Positions 14,576 through 28,445 of a DNA stretch of 64,000 bases are shown here, in pieces. Each line of letters begins with the position of its first letter. Position 1 is the first letter of the stretch. Both the position numbers and the translations under genes were made by a program. Location of the stretch: assembly GCA_951406725.2 (NCBI GenBank), contig OX597831.1, positions 11,346,001 through 11,410,000 of the forward strand, written 5' to 3'. Source of the DNA: Octopus vulgaris (Eukaryota). Under the pieces are notes generated by a model, which made no database searches, had not been told where the DNA came from, and saw only the letters and a program-made list of their open reading frames with translations.

Positions 14576-15556
14576 GGTAGTAGACTTAGTGATGATAATG
14601 GTCGTTGTGGTAGCCATGGTAATGGCGAGGAAATCAAGCGTTATGAAGGGGTGGGCGATCTGGAACGCCTTATGGAGGAGCACGGTGTAAGGTACGGTGC
14701 ACTGTTCAGCGTTGTACTACAGTGTGGTATGTCATATGTGGAACACGGTGTGGTGAGTGATGGTGTTGTGTAGTGGGGTGTTGTAGTGTGATGGCGTGGC
14801 GGTGTGGCGTTATGGGGAGATGTGACGCTGTGGCACAAGTGTATTTTACGAGCAATTAAGAACAGCATTATTCTTCAGTTTCGATTACATTGCTAGTTTA
14901 TGTATTCACAAAATCGATCCAATTTTTATAAAGCCAATTTGTTTAATTAAATATTACGCGGTTAATTAGAGAAAGATTAACTCCACCGGGGAGTGGCGGA
15001 GGACGGGGAAGGAGTGTTCATCTGCTGAATTAGATTATAATGCAGAGATGAGAGTGGAGGTGGGTAGACAAGGGTTAGAGGGGAGGATGTGGCCTTCCAG
15101 GAATACGAGAATGAAATAATGAGCGGTCACGTGATGCGCTGTAAATTATTAGCGATGAAGAACATAACAAGGAAGACACTTGTTCCGGTAGCTCTCTCTC
15201 TCTCTCCACCTCTCTCTCCATCTCTCTCTCTCTCTCTCTTTCACTCTCTCTCTCTCTCTCTCTCTCTTTCCACCTCTCTCCACCTCTCTTTCTCTCATAT
15301 TCTTTCTCTCTTGTTATATACGTGTGTGTGTGTGTGTGTGTCTACGTATACATACTCATACACACACACACACATACACACACTCACGCACATTCACATA
15401 TTACAGACAGAAAGAGAAGAGAGAAAAAGGCAAAGAAAGAGAGAGGGAGTGAATGAAAGGTAGATCGATATATAGATAGATTGATAGATAGATAGATAGA
15501 TAGATAGATATATATACATATATATATTTATGTATATATATATATATATATTTATA

Positions 15557-15601
<45 letters not shown>

Positions 15602-16097
15602 TATATATATGTGTGTGTGTGTGTGTCAGTGTGTGTGTGCGCGTGTGTGTGTGCGCGTGTGTGTGTGATGTGCTTACAACAAATAGGCTTATATATTTGA
15701 ACGAACGGGTGCATATAAAATTATACATAGATACAAAGCTGTCATCAGCAAGTGCAAAGAGGACAATGCAGGGAGATTACGAGTTTTATACACTTTAAGA
15801 GGGGGCTTAAAGCTAGACCAGAATATATCAGGATTAACAGAAGTGTTGAAAGATTCCGACACTCTCCATCGCGTTAGAAATTATAAAAATGAAAATGAAA
15901 GAGGCACAAGGCCAGAAAATTTTAGAGGAGAGGCTAGTCCATTACATTGGTGCTTGGCTGGCACTTTATTTATCGACCCCGAGTGGGTGAAAAGTGGAAT
16001 TTGAACTTAGAATGTAACACCAGACGAAATACCGCTGAATATTGTATACAGAATGCTGACGATTTTTCCAGCTCGTTGCCATAACAACAAACATAGT

Positions 16098-16481
16098 GGA
16101 AGCACTCCGTCGGTTACGACGACGAGGGTTCCGGTTGATCCGAATCAACGGAACAGCCTGCTCGTGAAATTAACGTGGAAGTGGCTGAGCACTCCACAGA
16201 CACGTGTACTCTTAACGTAGTTCTCGGGGATATTCAGCGTGACACAGAGAGTGACAAGGCCGGCCCTTTGAAATACAGGTACAACAGAAACAGGAAGTAA
16301 GAGTGAGAGAAAGTTGTGGTGAAAGAGTACAGCAGGGATCACCACCATCCCCTGCCGGAGCCTCGTGGAACTTTTAGGTGTTTTTGCTCAATAAACACTC
16401 ACAACGCCCGGTCTGGGAATCGAAACCGCGATCCTATGACCGCGAGTCCGCTGCCCTAACCACTGGGCCATTGCGCCTCCA
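16098..16481 (-). mobile_element. tRNA(Arg)-like SINE sharing its 3' half with family C (octopus OR-like)
   Basis: Minus strand head TGGCCCAGTGGTTAGGGCAGCGGACTCGCGG...GGTTTCGATTCCC; 3' half matches 12470-12640. Confidence 0.75.
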
Positions 16482-16619
16482 CAACAACAAACATAACAGC
16501 AGCAATGACAACAATAATTATGAGATTTATTGTTCGCAGTACAGAGACGCACAGCAGCTGTTTGGGAAATCTTAAAAGAGGAGAACCGAAAGCAGCATCG
16601 ATTGCTAAATTACATATAG

Positions 16620-16945
16620 GCGCAGGCATGGCTTACAGGCGCAGGCGTGGCTTATAAGGCGCTGGCGTGGCTGTGTGGTAAATAGCTTGCTACCCAACCA
16701 CGTCGTTCCGAGTTCAGTCCCACTGTATGGCATCTTGGGCATGTGCCTTCTACTATAGCCTCGAGCCAACCAAAGCCTTGTGTGTGGATTTGGTAGACGG
16801 AAACAGAAAGAAGACCATCGTATATAAATGTATTTGTATGTGTGTGGGTGTATGTATTTGTGTCATTGTGTCTGTGTTTGTCACCCCACCATCACTTGAC
16901 AACCTAAGCTGGTATTTTTACGTCCCCGTAATCTAGCGGTCTGGC
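16620..16945 (+). mobile_element. SINE family B copy with triplicated 5' start
   Basis: GGCGCAGGC(A/G)TGGCT repeated three times at 16619-16672, then the family B body. Confidence 0.7.
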
Positions 16946-17101
16946 AATATGTATATAGACAGTCGACAACTGATGAAGGGTCCTTTCTCTGTCCTCTTTT
17001 CCATTTTTTCGCGTTGTTTGCTTACTTCACTCGTTTTCCCTCGTTTGCTTACATATTTCATGTTATTTGCACTGTTGGTGACGTCCTGTACCAATATATG
17101 C

Positions 17102-17179
<78 letters not shown>

Positions 17180-17385
17180 ATAATTAACAGAATGAGATTT
17201 TTAAAAAGCCAGGCTGTGAATAGTTTTCAGAACATTTATAAATAGGTCTTACAGCTGTTTCGAGGATGATTTATATATCCCTTCATTAGAGACGGTGCGA
17301 GAAAATGTTTAAGTAACAATTATTGTTGAGGCGATATGAAATGTGAAGGAAATAAAATAGATACGTAAGGATATTGTATTTGCAG

Positions 17386-17496
<111 letters not shown>

Positions 17497-17990
17497 ATAC
17501 AAACGGAGAACGTTTATGGACTCAAGTAGTTATGCCGCTCATATATATACTTTCGTAAACACATTGATACCTAAATCTGTGGGTCACTAAATCAACATAA
17601 CTTTTCGGCTAAAGAGAATCACAAAAGAAATATAGGCGCCGTCGACTCTATGTACACACTTCTGCTTTTCATGAGCGTGAAGCAGAAGTTACCTGCAACC
17701 TACGCACAAATACACACACACACACACACACACATGTATAAATATATGTGTCTCTGTGTGTGTGTGTGTACACACGTACCGATGTATGCAACGGAAACAA
17801 GATCTCAATAAATATATTTCTATTCCTCGAGCTCAAAGAAGAGACATTTAAGCAAAAAGTTTGGAGAATGGGGAAAAAATCAAAAAAAAAATTCATAACA
17901 AACAAAAGTAAATATATGACATACAGCGATATTTATTAGGTGGCACCATATAAAAACACGCGTGAATATATAATACGTATAATATATGTG

Positions 17991-18529
<539 letters not shown>

Positions 18530-18799
18530 ACAATATAGGTGTAATATTCAAGTACTGTTCAGAGTAACTTGACATAGAGACATACAGATCATCAGAGAAG
18601 GCCAGAAGGACGTACTGCAGTGTATCGTCTGCCCTATAAACTTGCAGACGGCGAACAAATTGAGAGCAAGCAGACGATAAACAAATTCATTGGTGTGAAA
18701 GGGCGAGCGATGGGAAGAGACGGGAAGGAGCTGGGCTTTGGACAGTTATATAGGAAGTTATGAGGGAATGACACTTGTAAATATATAAATGTGTGAATA

Positions 18800-18857
<58 letters not shown>

Positions 18858-18995
18858 CTTACCTATCTATCTATCTCTCATTCTTTACCCCTCTCTCTCT
18901 ATATATATATATGGATGAATGTATGTGTGGGTATGAAGGAAAGATTTCTTATTCACACAATTCTAAGTATATCAATAGACATTTATTTATATAGC

Positions 18996-19119
<124 letters not shown>

Positions 19120-19129
19120 GTCCGAAGTC

Positions 19130-19408
19130 AGTCGCCATAATAGATCGTTAGCAACTACACACATTTTTTTCTCTCCTTGTTTTTTCTGTGTCCCTTTCTT
19201 TAGAAGAGCGTAGGCTCGAAACGTAAAAGACTTTTTCTATTCCTGAACGTTATACTAATACATCTGCTTGTTTTGTACACCACCTGTTTTCGTCTTTTGT
19301 TTTTTTTTTCGTAAACTCTCCCTATATATATATATATATATATATATAGGGAGAGTTTGTTTTGTACACCACCTGTTTTCGTCTTTTGTTTTTTTTTTCG
19401 TAAACTCT

Positions 19409-19444
<36 letters not shown>

Positions 19445-19508
19445 AGAGTTTACGAAAAAAAAACAAAAGACGAAAACAGGTGGTGTACAAAACAAGCAGA
19501 TGTATTAG

Positions 19509-19510
<2 letters not shown>
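19130..19510 (+). mobile_element. pLTR copy followed by a partial direct duplicate and an inverted duplicate around (TA)n tracts
   Basis: 19130-19323 is homologous to the reverse complement of 28182-28388; 19359-19412 and 19442-19510 are a direct and an inverted copy of its 3' part. Confidence 0.7.
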
Positions 19511-19543
<33 letters not shown>

Positions 19544-20318
19544 TGTTGTGCCTGGGGAGAGTCATTCTCTTTTAGATCCTTATTATTTAACAGATTCAGC
19601 GGTAAAGTTTCCACTCATTTATTAATTTTTCCTAAAATTTTCGTTGCTTCAATACACGAACTCACATAAAGAACCTTGCAAACCAAATCCAAAATCGAAG
19701 TGTGTGTGTGTGTAAGGTTTATAATCCAATTTATGTCCTCATGAAGGGCATCTGCTTATTACGGTTATCAATTGTATGCGTGCATGCAGATGTCTTGTTT
19801 CATATGAGAAAATCATTCCTACAAATTGAAATTCCTTGCGAATATTATGAAATATTGAACCTGTATTGTTATTAGTATTAATATTCGTAAAATGATTGAG
19901 CTAGCTTTCTGTAAGAAGCCGCTGAAGCTTTAAGTCGCACAGAACCGAATCAAAATGCTTTTGATAACAATATATATAACACCTACTAAATGTGTTGAGT
20001 GCATCTTTCTTTCAAATGTCCATTAAACTCGTATATGTACATGCGTACATAGATATATATGTCTGTGTGTGTATGTGTATACGCACACACACAGACACAT
20101 ACACACACACACATACATACACACATACATATTCTTTCTAATGTAGGTATGATGCTGGCATTTTTTTTCTTCTAGCCCGAAAGAATAAAAGGCAAAGCTG
20201 ACTCCGGGGAAATTAGAACCCACAAGTTAAAGCCAAAGGAAATGCCACCCCCGCCTTCCATACATACCTACATTCTATCACCCCCACCTTACATACTTTA
20301 ATACATATGCTTGTTACT

Positions 20319-20371
<53 letters not shown>

Positions 20372-21879
20372 CTGTATTTAGTTTTATTTTATTACATAAT
20401 AGCATTTTATATTGCACAGTATGAAAGTCCTTTCATCGTGCATCTCCGATCTGATCACTGGTGACACTCTATTACACTCAATCTTCAAAGTAGATAGAAT
20501 TTGAAAGAAATATAACATCGAAGCACAACGGTGAAATTACAGGGAAAAATCAATAAAAGAGAGAAAAAAAAAATCAGTATTTAAACTTAATGATTCTTAC
20601 ATGTTCATAAATGTTTCTGCACGTAAAAACAAATAAGAAATTTTTTCATCCAATCAAATATGTACCTCTATGAATCAAACCCCTTTTCTATGGTTTCTCG
20701 TAAAAAAAAAAAAGAGAAAAAAATGGAGAAGAAAAGAAGAAAAAATACTCTTCTTTACGCTGGAAGCATTCATTGAAGTTCAATATTAAATGTGTATTGC
20801 TCCCTTTGTGATTTAGCGAGGCCTGTGTTTGTTACTTTCCGGTGTTCCCTGCTCCCCTGTGTTCACTATAGAAGCATGTTTTGCATCCTTTACCATGTTA
20901 CATGAGATAAGTTCTGTTATTAACCATTTATGTCATGCCGTTGCGATCCTTTGGATCTGTTCCAAGCTTGTTTGTTGTTTCACAGCTCGGGGATGATATC
21001 GCTCATCTGGGTTTTCTTGTAGGGTCGTTTAAGCATTTATAAATACATATGTACAACCACACACTTACATAAATGCCTATATGTGCACATACATAAATAT
21101 CTACACGTATACATACATATATAAGTATATGCATTCATTCATGCTTACATACATACATGCATACATACATACATATATACATACATACATACATACATAT
21201 CTACATACATGCTTACATACATACATACTGATAGACAGACATGCATACACAAACAGATAAAGGTGCACATACATAAATACCTACACATGTACACAATACG
21301 CTCATGCACACACACACACACGTACACACGCACATTTATACATTCAGAAATATATACACACGCCAACTCGTTCACACATTTGCCAATCTCCGAAACTGGC
21401 TCCACTTAAATAAAAACAAATAATAAAACAATTTCGGACTTTGTTTGTGACCGGCATGAATTCTGCGAAGAGTTTAAATTATAGATTTGAAAAAAAAAAT
21501 TAATAATAATTACACGCAAATACACACATAGGGGTCAGTGTAATCGATTGGCCATTTACCTCCAAAATTACTGGCGTTGTACCAAAATTCGAAACTAGTA
21601 TCATATAATTCTGCTTGGTACTCTGATAGAAAGAATGTGCGTTGTGCTCTGTTGAGTAGTTATGAGTAAGAATTAGTACTCTTTTTCGGATGACGAGTTG
21701 GTAGAATACCGCACAGCACTTCTTCCGATTGTAAGTTCTGAGTTCAAACTCTTCCAAGGCTGACTTTGTCTAACGGGGTGCCGATCAAATAAATATTACT
21801 TGAGCATTGGAACCGAAGTAATGAACCCCCTTCTCTCAACTCCCTACCAAATTTCAAGCCACGAACCAATAGTAGAAAT

Positions 21880-23010
21880 ATTCTTTTCTAATCTAGGCAC
21901 AAGGCCGAAATTTTGGGGAAGAGCGGGGGGGGGGGGCAATCAATTAGATCGACCGCAATACGCAACTGGTACTTAATTTATCGACCTTAAAAGAATGAAA
22001 GGCAAAGTCGGCCTCGGTAGAACTTGAACTCCGAACGTAAAGACAGACATAATACCTATTTCTTTACTGCCTACAAGGGACTACACACAGAGGGGACAAA
22101 CAAGAACAGATAAAGGGTTTAAGTCGATTATATCGACCTCAGTGCGTAACTGGTACTTATTTAATCGACCCCGAAAGGATGAAAGGCAAAGTTGACCTCG
22201 GCGGAATTTGAACACAGAACACAGAACACAGATAAATTTGAACACAGAACACAGAACACAGATAAAGGGTTTAAGTCGATTATATCGACCTCAGTGCGTA
22301 ACTGGTACTTATTTAATCGACCCCGAAAGGATGAAAGGCAAAGTTGACCTCGGCGGAATTTGAACTCAGAACGTAACGGCAGACGAAATAGCGCTAAGTG
22401 TGTGAGGGTTTTATTTGTAGGTCGATGGATTAGGTGCAGAAGGCGGCGAGCTGGCAGAAACGTTAGCACGCCGGGCGAAATGCTTAGCAGAATTTCGTCT
22501 GCCGCTACGTTCTGAGTTCAAATTCCGCCGATCGACTTTGCTTTTCTTCCTTTCGGGGTCGATTAAATAAGTACCAGTTGCGCACTGGGGTCGATATAAT
22601 CGACTTAATCCGTTTGTCTGTCCTTGTTTGTCCTCTCTGTGTTTAGCCCCTTGTGGGTAGTAAAGAAATAGGTATTTCTTCTGCCGTTACGTTCTGAGTT
22701 CAAATTCTGACAAGGTCGACTTTGCCTTTCATCCTTTCGGGGTCGAAGTAAAGAAATAGGTATTTCGTCTGTCTCTACGTTCTGAATTCATATTCCATCG
22801 AGGTCGACTTTGCCTTTCATCCTTTCGGGGTCGAAGTAAAGAAATAGGTATTTCGTCTGTCTCTACGTTCTGAATTCATATTCCATCGAGGTCGACTTTC
22901 CCTTTCATCCTCTCGGGGTCGATAGATTAAGTACCAGTTGCGTACTGGGGTCGATCTAATCGACTGCTCCCCTCCGCAACAATTTCGAGGCTTGTGCCTA
23001 GAGTAGAAAC
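21880..23010. mobile_element. Inverted array of SINE family A units (21880-22398 minus; 22441-23010 plus)
   Basis: About 3 minus-strand units and about 4 plus-strand units arranged head-to-head, ~45 bp apart. Confidence 0.75.
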
Positions 23011-23349
23011 GAATACATATATATGTGTGCATTATATTTCAGAAATGTGATGTTATATGTGTTTGGCCGCACACTCACCAATTCACAACCAGTGTTGGCA
23101 TGTTTACGTCCCTGAAACTTGATGGTTCAGCAAGAACTGACGAATAAAATAAGTGCCAAGTTTAAAAGATATAAATATTGGTGGCGATATATTCAACTGA
23201 AAGTTCTCCAAGGCTGTGCCCTAGCTTGGCCGCAGTCTAGGGACCGAAACGAGCAAAATATAATACATATTTGTTACATACTTAATGTGTATATATACAA
23301 TATAATATACACACACACGAGCGCATATAGTTGTATATATATATATTCT

Positions 23350-23740
23350 TTTTACTCTTTACTTTTTTACTTGTTTCACTCATTTGACTGTGGCCATGCT
23401 GGAGCACCGCCTTTAGTCGAGCTAATCAATCTCAGGACGTATTCTTTGGAAGCCTAGTACTTATTCTATCGATCTCTTTTGCTGAACCGCTGAGTTACGG
23501 GGACGTAAACACACCAGCATCGGTTGTCAAGCGATGTTGGGGGTGACAGACGCAGACACACAAACACACATACATATATACGACGGGCTTCTTTCAGTTT
23601 CCGTCTACCAAATCCACTCAGAAGGCTTTGGTCGGCCTGAGGCTATAGTAGAAGACATTTGCCCAAGGTGCCACGCTGTGGAAGTGAACCCGGGACCATG
23701 TGGTTGGTAAGCAAGCTACTTACCACTCAGCCACTCCTAC

Positions 23741-23745
<5 letters not shown>
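23350..23745 (-). mobile_element. SINE family B copy
   Basis: Reverse complement of 58008-58410. Confidence 0.75.
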
Positions 23746-23828
<83 letters not shown>

Positions 23829-24403
23829 TTATATGTGCATACATATTATTTATCTACATATGTTTGTATATATATATATGTGCATGTGTGCACTTGTGTG
23901 TGTGTGTGTGTGAGTGCGTACATGTGTTGTTTGATGTGTTTAGTATTTGATGTCCTTCCATAGATGTTCTGCTAACATTATCGACAAAATCTATCTTTTG
24001 TTGAATGGAGCAGGACGGGAAGGGAGGCTGGTTCTGGAGTTCTGCTGCTATTTTCAATGATGTGTAGCGTCTGATATTGTGTTAAGGGTGATTAATATAT
24101 ACGTCTGTTTCTGTGCGTATGTATGTATATTATGCTACAAACATATTATACGTAGTTATGTATATGTTTACATACATATGCATAGATATATTAGCATATA
24201 TATATTTATTTATATATGTGTGTATACATATATATATATATTTGTAAATAGATATCCATATATAAGTTTTTATAAATGAATATATATATGTATGTATGTA
24301 CGTATATATGTATGCATGTATGTATGCATATATATATGTGTGTACGTATATATATATATATACATATATATATATGTATGTATGTGTGTATTATGTATGT
24401 ACA

Positions 24404-24438
<35 letters not shown>

Positions 24439-24913
24439 ATATATTTATATATATATATCTTCGTATATATATACATACACATATATATACATCCGTGCGA
24501 ACACTTGCTATGTGTACTTTGACGTTCTTGCACTCATACATGTGTTTGCGTGCATATGGGTGTGTCCGTACATACGTGACTATATATATTGTGGTGTGTG
24601 TGTGTAATTACATTTCTGATGGTTCCATCTCCCACGGTAGATCAATAAATCATTTTGGAACTAGAACCAGTTAATGATTTGGCAAAGCCGTATTGAACTT
24701 ATGTTTGCTTCAGTTTACGACGACTCATGTCCGCCAGGATATATAAACATATATACGTGTATATATATATAACGGCTCACGCAACTATATATACACTAAG
24801 GCACAGATAGATATACACACAGGCACACACAGACGAATGTGTTTACAAATAAGCATACACTTGATTGGTTGCTTTTACATATCAATATGTATTTGTGTTT
24901 ATGTATAAATATA

Positions 24914-24983
<70 letters not shown>

Positions 24984-25030
24984 CATATACATGTATATAT
25001 ACATATATATATATATACGAATATGTATAC

Positions 25031-25075
<45 letters not shown>

Positions 25076-25233
25076 TATAGATATATGTACATAAATATAT
25101 ATACATACATACATAAATAATAAATTTATTTACATGTCTGTTGACGCACGTTTGTATGCATCTCTGTATATAAACATGCCATCGATATATGAATGTTAAT
25201 ACATGAAGATCTGTATACATGCATATGTCAGAG

Positions 25234-25328
<95 letters not shown>

Positions 25329-25834
25329 TTATGTATGTATGTATGTATGTATGTATGTATGTATGTATGTATGTATAGACGTTTGTCGGGCCGCAGTGTT
25401 GTACTTTCATCTGGTGAAAGCCCAGAGTTTATATATTCAGGGATTTCACTCACGTTTTCTCGCCCTAAATCATTCCGTTAAACTCGCTTCCCGTCGTGAC
25501 AGTCCAACTAAAACAAGCTCTGTCACGAAACCACTGTTTATTCTCTTCTCTCACATCGTTATCTCCCCCTCTCCATTTCATTTTTTTCCTTTTCCTCCCA
25601 CCGTCACCCGGCCATTTTCTTTTGAACATACCTCATACCCACACCCAGTTACATGTATTTTATCAATAAATATCACGAAACATAAGTGTATTTGCTGTAC
25701 AAAATTTGTTCTATAATTCCTGTGACGACACAAGATTCGAAGCAGAAGCCGAAGAGCAGCCTTTATTGTTGTTGTTGTTGTTGTTGTTGTTATTACTATT
25801 ATAGTTACTCTTTTACTCTCTCTCTCTCTCTCTC

Positions 25835-26218
25835 TTTTACTTGTTTCAGTCATTTGACTGCGGCCATGCTGGAGCACCGCCTTTAGCCGAGCAAATCGAC
25901 CCCGGGACTTTGTAAGCCTAGTACTTATTCTATCGGTCTCTTTTTGCCGAACCGCTAAGTTATGGGGACATGAACACACCAGCATCGGTTGTCAAGCGAT
26001 GTCGGGGAGGACAAACACAGACACACAAACACACACACACATTCATATATATACATATACACGACAGGCTTCTTTCAGTTTCCGTCTACTAAATCCACTC
26101 ACAAGGCTTTGGTCGGCCCGAGGCTGTAGGAGAAAGACACTTGTCCAAAGTGCCACGCAGTGGGCCTGAACCCGGAACCATGTGATTGGTAAGCAAGCTA
26201 CTTACCACACAGCCACAT
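25835..26218 (-). mobile_element. SINE family B copy
   Basis: Reverse complement of 58008-58410. Confidence 0.75.
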
Positions 26219-26923
26219 TAACATTTTTGCCACTACTTCTGATTCTATTCTTGGTGGTGGTGGTGGTGGTGGTCGTCGTCTTTTTGGTGTTTTGTAGTGA
26301 TCCAAAACCAGGCCTTGTTAAACAGGTGGGAGTTCGAAGTGTTTCCAGCTGCTCTAATCATGTCCTTATATCTCAATAATCCAGTCAATGTTCACCTTTG
26401 TTCGACTTTCTCCCTCTCTCTCTCTTTCTCTCTCTCTCTCTTCCTCTCTCTCTTTCTCTCTCTCTTCCCCTCTCTCTCACTCCTCTCTCTCTTTAATCGA
26501 ACGAAGGACCAAAGTACATCTTTTTCGAGTCTATTCTATCGGAGTCTTTGGCTGATGTAAACTAACTGTCAAGCACACACACAAAGACACACACACACAC
26601 GCGCGCGCGCACACATGCACGTACGCACACACATACACAGACACACGTATCAGTTTGAAAACCGCTTATAAGCGAGAAACTCCTATCAGAATCCCCTTTT
26701 ATAAACTCATAAACGTCTAATTCTTTATGCGGAGAAGTTATCAAAAAACCATTACTATTCGTTGTTTCAAATATGTACCAAAGACTTTCTATTTTTTCAT
26801 TCTACAATATATATATATATATATAACGGGAAGCTTTATGAAAATAAACAAAAGACGAAGGCAGGTGGAAAACAAACGAACAATTGTATTAGTATGGCGC
26901 TCAGGAAATATAAATAAAACAAG

Positions 26924-26961
26924 TCTTTAACGTTTCGAGCCTACGCTCTTCAACAGAAAGA
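26924..26961 (-). ncRNA. Minimal type I hammerhead-ribozyme-like motif (non-canonical core)
   Basis: TCTTT-CTGTTGA-A-GAGC(GTAG)GCTC-GAAAC-GTT-AAAGA: helix I TCTTT/AAAGA, 4-bp helix II, loopless palindromic helix III (ACGT), GUH cleavage triplet. Confidence 0.6.
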
Positions 26962-27806
26962 TACACAGAGAGAGAAAAACACAGAAAGAAGGAGAGAAAA
27001 AAAAATGCGTGCAGTAGCTAACGAATCAACATGGCGATCTGATTTCGGCCAGAGGTCAAAGATCAAACATGAGACGCGAGAGCGAAATAAGGGGAGATAA
27101 TAGGGTTGATAAAAGGGTTGAGGGACCAGCTAAAAGTGCGTGGGAGGGGTCTGGATGTGTGTATGTATAGGGCTGGTGTATGTATTAGTATGTATAAGGG
27201 TGTGTGTGTGTGTGTGTGTGTGTATGAGAGAGTATTAGTGCGTAAGATTGGTCTGGACGTGCGTATGTATGGGGTTGGTGTATGTATTAGTATGTATTAG
27301 TATGTATTAGTACGTATTGGTATGTATAGGTGTGTGTGTGTGTGTGTGAGAGAGTATAAGTGCGTATGCGGGGTCTGGACGTGTGTATGTATAGGGTTGG
27401 TGTAAGTATTAGTATGTATTAGTATGTATTAGTACGTATTAGTATGTATTAGTTGGTGTGTGTATTAGTATGGCACATCATATGTGATGTGATGTGTAAA
27501 GTCATGTGGTGTAGTGAGAAGAAGAGGGGGAGGGGGAGAAGAGGGGGAGAGAAGGGGAGGGGAAGAAGAGGGGGAGGAGAAGGGGGAAGAGGAGACGATG
27601 GGGAGAAGGAAGGTGAGGAGGGGGATGAAGGAGGAAAGAGGGAGAGGGGGAGAGAGAAGGGGAGAGAGGGAGTGAGGGAGCAGAGGGAAGGGGAAGAGGG
27701 AGGGAGAAAGAGGGAAGAAGGGAAGGGGAGTAGGGGTGAAAGGATGAAGGACTGAAGAAGTAGGGGTCGGGGGAGAAAGGATAGGTGAGGAAGGGGGAGA
27801 AGGGGG

Positions 27807-28124
27807 TTAGATGAGGAGGGAGGGAGAGTTGAGACCAAATGGCGTATAAGAGCAAAGAGAGAAGATTAATTCCTGTTCACGGCGCAAACGGGAATCCGGA
27901 TGGCCTCTGTGTAAGGACAAACCGAACACAGATAGGTGTTGCAAGGAGTGACCGGTGGAGCGGAAATGGCGTGAGACCGGTGTGTCGTTCGCAAGGTGGA
28001 TGTCACGAAGGTGTTCCGCGAACCGGTCAGCCAAGCGGCGTCCCGTTTGTCCGATGTACAAGGAATTGCAGAGAGAGCAAGAGATGCAATAGATAATATT
28101 GCTGGAGGTGCAGGTGAAGGAGTG
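27807..28124 (-). pseudogene. GIY-YIG endonuclease domain fragment of a Penelope-like retroelement
   Basis: FTCTSSNIIYCISCSLCNSLYIGQTGRRLADRFAEH...PVSRHF...H...REQELIF...P.GLN: IIY/YIG motifs with intervening CxxC, catalytic Arg, Glu and terminal Asn typical of PLE endonucleases; 5' end cut by (TA)n. Confidence 0.85.
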
Positions 28125-28125
28125 G

Positions 28126-28181
<56 letters not shown>

Positions 28182-28185
<4 letters not shown>

Positions 28186-28386
28186 GGAGAGTTTACGAAA
28201 AAAAAACAAAAGACGAAGGCAGGTGGTGTACAAAATAAACAGATGTATTAGTATAACGTTCAGGAATAGAAAAAGTCTTTTACGTTTCGAGCCTACGCTC
28301 TTCTACAGAAAGGGACACAGAAAAAAACAAGGAAGAAACAAGGAGAGAGAAAAAACGTGTGTAGTAGCCAACAATCAATCATGGCG

Positions 28387-28388
<2 letters not shown>
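28182..28388 (-). mobile_element. Penelope-like pLTR copy with hammerhead-like motif
   Basis: Homologous to 26826-27050 and 19130-19323; contains CTTT-CTGTAGA-A-GAGC-GTAG-GCTC-GAAAC-GTA-AAAG; 3' end abuts (TA)n. Confidence 0.75.

Positions 28389-28445
<57 letters not shown>

Larger units (their letters stand above)
26826..28125 (-). mobile_element. 5'-truncated Penelope-like element: GIY-YIG C-terminus, CT-rich and minisatellite 3' region, terminal pLTR with hammerhead-like motif
   Basis: GIY-YIG frame at 28124-27807, followed on the minus strand by a pyrimidine tract, ~3 tandem ~100-120 bp units (27148-27460) and a pLTR (27050-26826) ending at (TA)n. Confidence 0.8.

Noticed and set aside
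14107-14690. Poly-Pro/poly-Gly/poly-His ORFs resembling extensin or formin
   Set aside because: Open in most frames because of (GGT)n; no conserved motif and no convincing splice sites.
21880-23010. CRISPR-like repeat array
   Set aside because: Units are SINE fragments without unique spacers; eukaryotic context and no cas genes.
25495-25535. CGTGACAG...CTGTCACG-AAAC hairpin as a ribozyme or terminator
   Set aside because: No correctly placed CUGANGA core; an 8-bp stem alone is weak evidence.
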